Positions 49,801 through 55,207 of a stretch of 55,207 nucleotides of DNA are shown here, piece by piece. A program made the position numbers and the translations under genes. The DNA is from Paraglomus brasilianum (lineage: Eukaryota), in NCBI GenBank assembly GCA_910592345.1, contig CAJVPI010000094.1, positions 1-55,207 of the forward strand, written 5' to 3'. The notes beneath the pieces were generated by a model. The model had not been told where the DNA came from and made no database searches. It saw nothing but the letters and a program-made list of their open reading frames with translations. The first letter of the stretch is position 1. Each line of letters starts with the position of its first letter.

Positions 49801-52336
49801 TCGATCAATTATATTTGTCTAAAAAAAATTGCTTATTATTATCTTATACATGAATTCAATCAATTGATAGGTTAATGACTTTCCCAGAACAAAGAGAAAT
49901 GGATATTGGCCTTAGCGAGAATTTTATATGCTGTATGAGTTAAATCAATGTAATCTTTCAAGGTTTAATCTCAAATAAGCGAATAAGAGTAATGTTTACA
50001 ATATATATTAATATTATCTGGTAGCTTGAGCACTTACTCCGTTTATCCGAACGTATGGTTTCCTTGAATATACATTTCGGTTTATAGAACAACCTCGCTA
50101 ATCCGAAGAAAAATTGCTGCACCGACATCTTCGTTGACCTTGTATATTAATACAGGGGTTACAGATGGAAAAGTTGACATATTTTTACTGAACAACGGGG
50201 CGCATATAAACTGATAGTTTGGTCGTACAGTATATTTAATTGTAGCAAAACCAAAGTCACTTTTTGCATAAAAGCTTATCTTGATTCACAATTGCATGAT
50301 TCAATCAAAACTTTAATTCTCCCACAAGTCTTTCCTTGGCGCTGTCGGATGTTGTTTAGCATATTACTAATTTCACGTTTATTATCCAGACTCAGTTGAG
50401 GCTTGTTTTAAATAAACTTTTACATGCTTTAAACACTGTAAAGTTAATGAGTTTTTTTCTTTAATATTTAATTCATCAAGCATAAATTTACACGCACAAT
50501 TTATGGATGGTACACAACCACCTGTGACCATGAAGAGGAATTTTCATATTGTGCAGTAGTAACGGCTTAATACAAATTATAATAATAAACTTGGCTTGTC
50601 TAGTTCCTTTGCAAGATCTTTATTTGTAATAATTTTTCATACCTTGCAAGGACCAACATCAGTCAAGAATCTTAATATTAAAAAAAGTTTACAATTCTCC
50701 AAATCACAGAATACACAATGCAGAAAGAAAACAGAAAACAACAGAAAGAAACGGCTTATGTTGTTAGAGTAACGGACCCGATTTATGAAATAGGTTTGCA
50801 AATTTGATTCAAAAATTCAAAAAAACAGAGAGGAAAGCAGCTACAATTCTCCATACAGGTAAATTAGAATTATAAATTTATAACTTATTTGCAAAATAAT
50901 ATACTTAGGATAAAAACACAATCAAAAATTATAATTGAAATGCACTAGCTAAAGTGAAGCTTACTTAGAATTTTGATGGCAGTAATAGTAAATGTTTTGG
51001 GTACAGTATAAGCAATTGCTCTTTTCCTTGAAACACCAGTAACCTTACACAGAAACTTACATGTTTATAATTATAAAAGACCTGGACAAAATGTCTATCA
51101 GATTGGAACTGTAGTAGTTGTCACTATCAGTAGTTACATGCAAAGTTAAATTTCTGATATTTCAGTACAGAGATTATAAATAATTATATATTATAATGTT
51201 TATAATAATAATTACATACAATTAACTGAAGCCTGTTAATAAGCAAAGACTGGGGAGTGTATCTGATTAAATATCTGTTGATTGAAAATTGTTGAACCCA
51301 TGGAAAATTCTCTCCAGTTCGAATTGCGGAAAAACGCAAGACATATAAAGATTTTTAAAGGATTATTCCTTGGTATTGGATTGTCTAGTCAGAGAAATAT
51401 TGATACGATAATATATTTCAGAACGATCAAAGTATATTGTTATATTATAGCTATTATCCGTATACACTATATAATTTTGTATTTGATTGTGTTTCCGAAA
51501 AACTTTTAATTACGTTATCGTTTTAAAGCTATACTACAGTATTTACGTAAACAGATTCCGTCACCTCATACTTTTTCGAAAGTATACAACACAAAAATTA
51601 TTGTGACTTACATAGTAATAGTGAATACGAACAGTAACAATTTTCGAAAAGAAAGGGTTTTACTAATTAACCTGCAAAATCCACCAATACTAGTCTGTAT
51701 ATTGTAATTTCTACCAGTCATAATCGGTTTTGAATAAAACAGTATCCGTCACGTTAATACTTTGATGTTTTGGTTTTTTCTTTTTTCCATGCCTCACATA
51801 ATGCATTATTATGACTGTTCTTTTAAAGGGACGTTGCAACCCAAATTGTTCTGCTATCAATATCAAACCTGTCACTCCAAACTGCAAGCCCCCACGCGTT
51901 GACATCTTCCCTCGACGATATCAGCTGTCGATTCAATCAATCGGAAATATGGCATGGAGTTGGTACTTAGGTAGAACCAAATAGTAGCGAGGTTGGATTG
52001 TGCGATGACTCTCAAATAGCGACTGGCGGCTGGATAAGTGAGCTGTTTGCGTCTAATATCCATCTGGCCATCAAGACCTGCAGTGTATAATTGTCAGCCT
52101 TTCCCTGCATTTTCATCTTCACACCGCGCAATAGCCCTTTAAACCCTTCTTTTCATACATGTCAACACGACACTGTCGGAAAATGTGATTCTATATTGCG
52201 ATTTTTTACTTTTATTTTGAAGTTTCTGGTAATCCGAAGCAAAATTATATTAGTCTTAAATAATGTCTAATTTTAAATATATTATTCTTAAAATCAATTA
52301 GTGAAATTAAGGTAATTCTTTCGGCCGATCGAAAAT

Positions 52337-53426
52337 TCACATTAATGTTAGACGACGTCTTTGGACTAGATCGGTAATTTCCGAGTATTGAAGAAGGTAG
52401 ATGTCATTCGCCTTCATTTCTATAAAATCTCTGTTATAGGATAAATAACGTTAGAAACAGGTTGCATGCTGTAGTTTTAAATTCAATAATTGTCATATTC
52501 ACAAATGACTTGCCTTTTCAATCGCCTCTCTCCAATAGTTTCGTCGACATGACAGAACACGGGCACGTCTGACTGCGGAGAATGGACTGCCAATGGCGTA
52601 CCATATAAGCCATACATCATACTTCTACGCTATACCGTACATAATCCATGCTTACCTTCATTTAGTAGATGTTTAACTTCTCGTGGGCAATCACGTTTAT
52701 ACGATGATTCCTCATACTCAGCAAGCAGACTGACATACTTTTCGGCAAAATCCAGTTCTGTGCTTGTCAGTTTCACCCTTTCTTCGGGATTCTTCAATAT
52801 GTGGCGGGCATGTGCTTCGATCTATTGAATATTAAATGAGGGTGAACTAAGCAGATGTTGAGCCAAGCCCAGCCCACCGATGATCCTCATTGATTACGCA
52901 CCTTTTCTCTTCTGATGTCAGCATATGACTCAAGAATATACTTTGTTCTATCTATATCAATCTGGGCGACAATATGCTCAATCGTGTCGCGAGGACGCTG
53001 ATTTTCATTCTCAACCTCGTCATAATTGTCGTCCTATAAATATTTACATCTCCCATAGATCAATGATAACTGCTACAAACCACATATTCTACCATCATCA
53101 TACGTGTACCTGCTCAATTAACGCATTTTCAACCCTTGCTAATTCCTCTTGAGGATGTAATATTTCTGGTGCCCAACGTTCGTTTAACCAACATTGTATT
53201 AAAGTATCAAAATCACCCTCTGCTGACTTTGTAGATTCCTGAATGGAAGATTACGACATGAATTTCAAATCAAGTCCACTGCTAGAGTCATTCAAACGCT
53301 ACCACCTCTAATGTACTATCTACAACTGACCACATTCCAATGATCCGTCTCTGCGTCTGTCATAATGACATCCGCTGGTTCAGTCAGCCAAAGCGCTGAA
53401 AAAGTTTCAGCAGTTGAAGTAAGCAT
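52337..53426 (-). CDS. SLD5: GINS complex subunit Sld5 (GINS4), 6 exons; last intron (52431-52513) is GC-AG; start at 53426 or 53363
   Basis: DFDTLIQCWLNERWAPEILH, QIDIDRTKYILESYADIRREK|IEAHARHIL, LTSTELDFAEKY, SPQSDVPVFCHVDETIG, IEMKANDIYLLQYSEITDLVQRRRLTLM*. Confidence 0.88.
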
Positions 53427-54209
53427 TTTGAAGCAAAAGAAGTGTTTGTCTGACCATAGTAATGATGTATTATATAGTTACGCGTAAATAAGGTTATGTC
53501 GTGTTAGATTACCAGAAACGCGTGAGTATATATAAGAAGAAGGATATGCGCAAACAAAAGTTAATCACGCACAAAATTTTTTCAGGGGTCAAACTATGTT
53601 TCACGTTGTCGTGCAGGTCACGGAATTAAGAAGCCTAATTCATACGTTCGTTGAGTACTTCCCATAGATTGCCTAGAAACCATTCTTTTTTCTTCACATA
53701 TCAGTTTCCATAAAGGATTTGACCGTCGCCTTAATGACTCAGTTAAACTTAACCCTCGTTTCCTGGGAAAGGGTTAGCTTGGTTCAGTTATCGTAACGGT
53801 GTATAACGCATTCCGCGCAACTATATCGTTCTAGACATCTCGGTAACCTGCAACAACTACTTCTCTCTCATGACCTAATCTTCCACATTGAATACTTTCC
53901 ATTGTAGGTAAACTTTCATTAATGGATAGTAGTTTCAGGCATTCAAGCATTTGACAAGATTACTTCTCATAGTACAGACAGATAATAACAAAGTTTCAGG
54001 CTAAGTGCAAGTCATGTATGTCTAAATTTTAATTTTAAAGTTCATTAGATACAATCTGCCAAACCTCATGGAACACACGTTAATGTTTATTTCCACGATT
54101 AATATTGTCATATATATTGATTGGAATTAGTTTCTAAGATTCTCAAAGTATATCAATCCATAATAACAGAACTTGCATTCTAATTTGATATTTTATTCAT
54201 ACATTCACG

Positions 54210-54973
54210 GTCTATTTCATAACACTAATAGTTTTTAATATAGAGGATCAAATCCTGAGCTATAGCCCATATACTTGTTATTTATTGCAATACTTGCAAA
54301 GCAAAGGAACTAATTATAATGCCCATGACATTTACACATAGATGTTGTAGATATGGCATTAAGATTGTTGTATATCATATGGGGTGTGCTGCAATAATAA
54401 TAAGTGAACATTTCATCACATGAACCAAAAATGGTTGATGTGGCTGAAAGATCAACTAATACTTATACTAGGCAACTGATGATGGCTTTGTTTTAGTGAT
54501 ACAGCTTTGGCTCATGTATGACCTATTATTATAGACTAATTTTGTCATTGCATTTTTAAATCTAATCATAAAACCTTTACTTGAAGTTATAACATGCTTA
54601 ATATAGGGCTATCTCTATATAAAAACATAAATATGAAACCAATTTACATCAAATCCACCATGGAACCCAAAAATTACAGCACAGTTAGAAGCATTCTAAA
54701 GAAAGTACAAGGTGCTCCTTATGAGTTACTGTGGTCTCTGGATATGGCATAGCCAATTTGGCTGCTACTTTGGGAGTGCATTACCTGGATAAATTGGAAA
54801 AGGTGGTCAACTATAATGCAACATGTCATGTCTTGGAGTATATTTGGATTGCTACAGGAATTGCAATAATGAAATACTTATCACAAAAAAATAAGCATAT
54901 GAATGAATTGAACATTGAACCTGAAAAGAACCCTATTACTACAGTTGAAGCTGTTTATAGTGAATCTGGTTAA
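54210..54973 (+). pseudogene. CpG-free relic of a probable repetitive or TE-associated protein family
   Basis: Segment SGYGIANLAATLGVHYLDKLEKVVNYNATCHVLEYIWIATGIAIMKYL has no supported start. No CG dinucleotide was seen from 54210 to 55101. Confidence 0.35.
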
Positions 54974-55207
54974 ATGGAACTCTGGCTGTAGTGAACCAAA
55001 CTGCCAAGACCTGAATTTTTATTAAATAATAAATCTGCTTATAGTGAATTTTATTAATAAATCTGTTTATACACCCACTTACCAAAAGTATTGGTGATTT
55101 TCGTCGATCAATTAGTAAAACATATGAAAATTTCTTTTTTTCGGACATCTCTATTGTCTGTAAGTCGCAACAATTTTTATACCGTTTTGAAGTGAATTGA
55201 CTGTACT

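Noticed and set aside
884..51541. Scattered TACAGTA/TACTGTA words as Tc1 excision footprints
   Set aside because: The number seen is about what AT-rich composition predicts by chance in 55 kb, and there is no empty-site comparison.
1..55207. tRNA, rRNA or snRNA genes, telomeric arrays and prokaryotic systems
   Set aside because: None was recognised by eye. A tRNAscan-SE or Infernal/Rfam run would be needed to exclude small ncRNAs.

Overview
Eukaryotic, AT-rich, intron-rich fungal DNA. It is most consistent with a Glomeromycotina (arbuscular mycorrhizal) or related Mucoromycota genome; this is inferred from the expanded-family TKL-type kinase, the short introns and the DNA-transposon relics. 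Bases 1-15000 are gene-poor: transposon and pseudogene relics plus a low-complexity island carrying one orphan polyQ/acidic gene. Bases 15500-44400 are a compact housekeeping block: a PPR protein, PDCD2, YJU2, THG1, HIS7, a GabT-like class-III aminotransferase, ERG6/SMT, a small basic ORF, mitochondrial uL14, CTF18 and BLOC1S4. Bases 45000-55207 hold nested pogo/Tc1 relics flanking a multi-module kinase with an HRN catalytic loop, followed by GINS SLD5. Several genes (THG1, PDCD2, BLOC1S4, SLD5) are essentially invisible in the ORF track and were rebuilt by hand across introns. The most notable observations are: (1) tRNA-His guanylyltransferase THG1 lies head-to-head, 156 bp apart, with the histidine-biosynthesis gene HIS7; (2) THG1 intron 1 needs a non-canonical GA-AG splice to encode its active-site region; (3) PDCD2 intron 1 contains a MITE, followed by a near-total CpG desert over the rest of the gene; (4) duplicated pogo/promoter blocks bracket the putative pseudokinase; (5) CTF18 has a variant Walker A motif. 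All family assignments are from motif recognition, without database searches.
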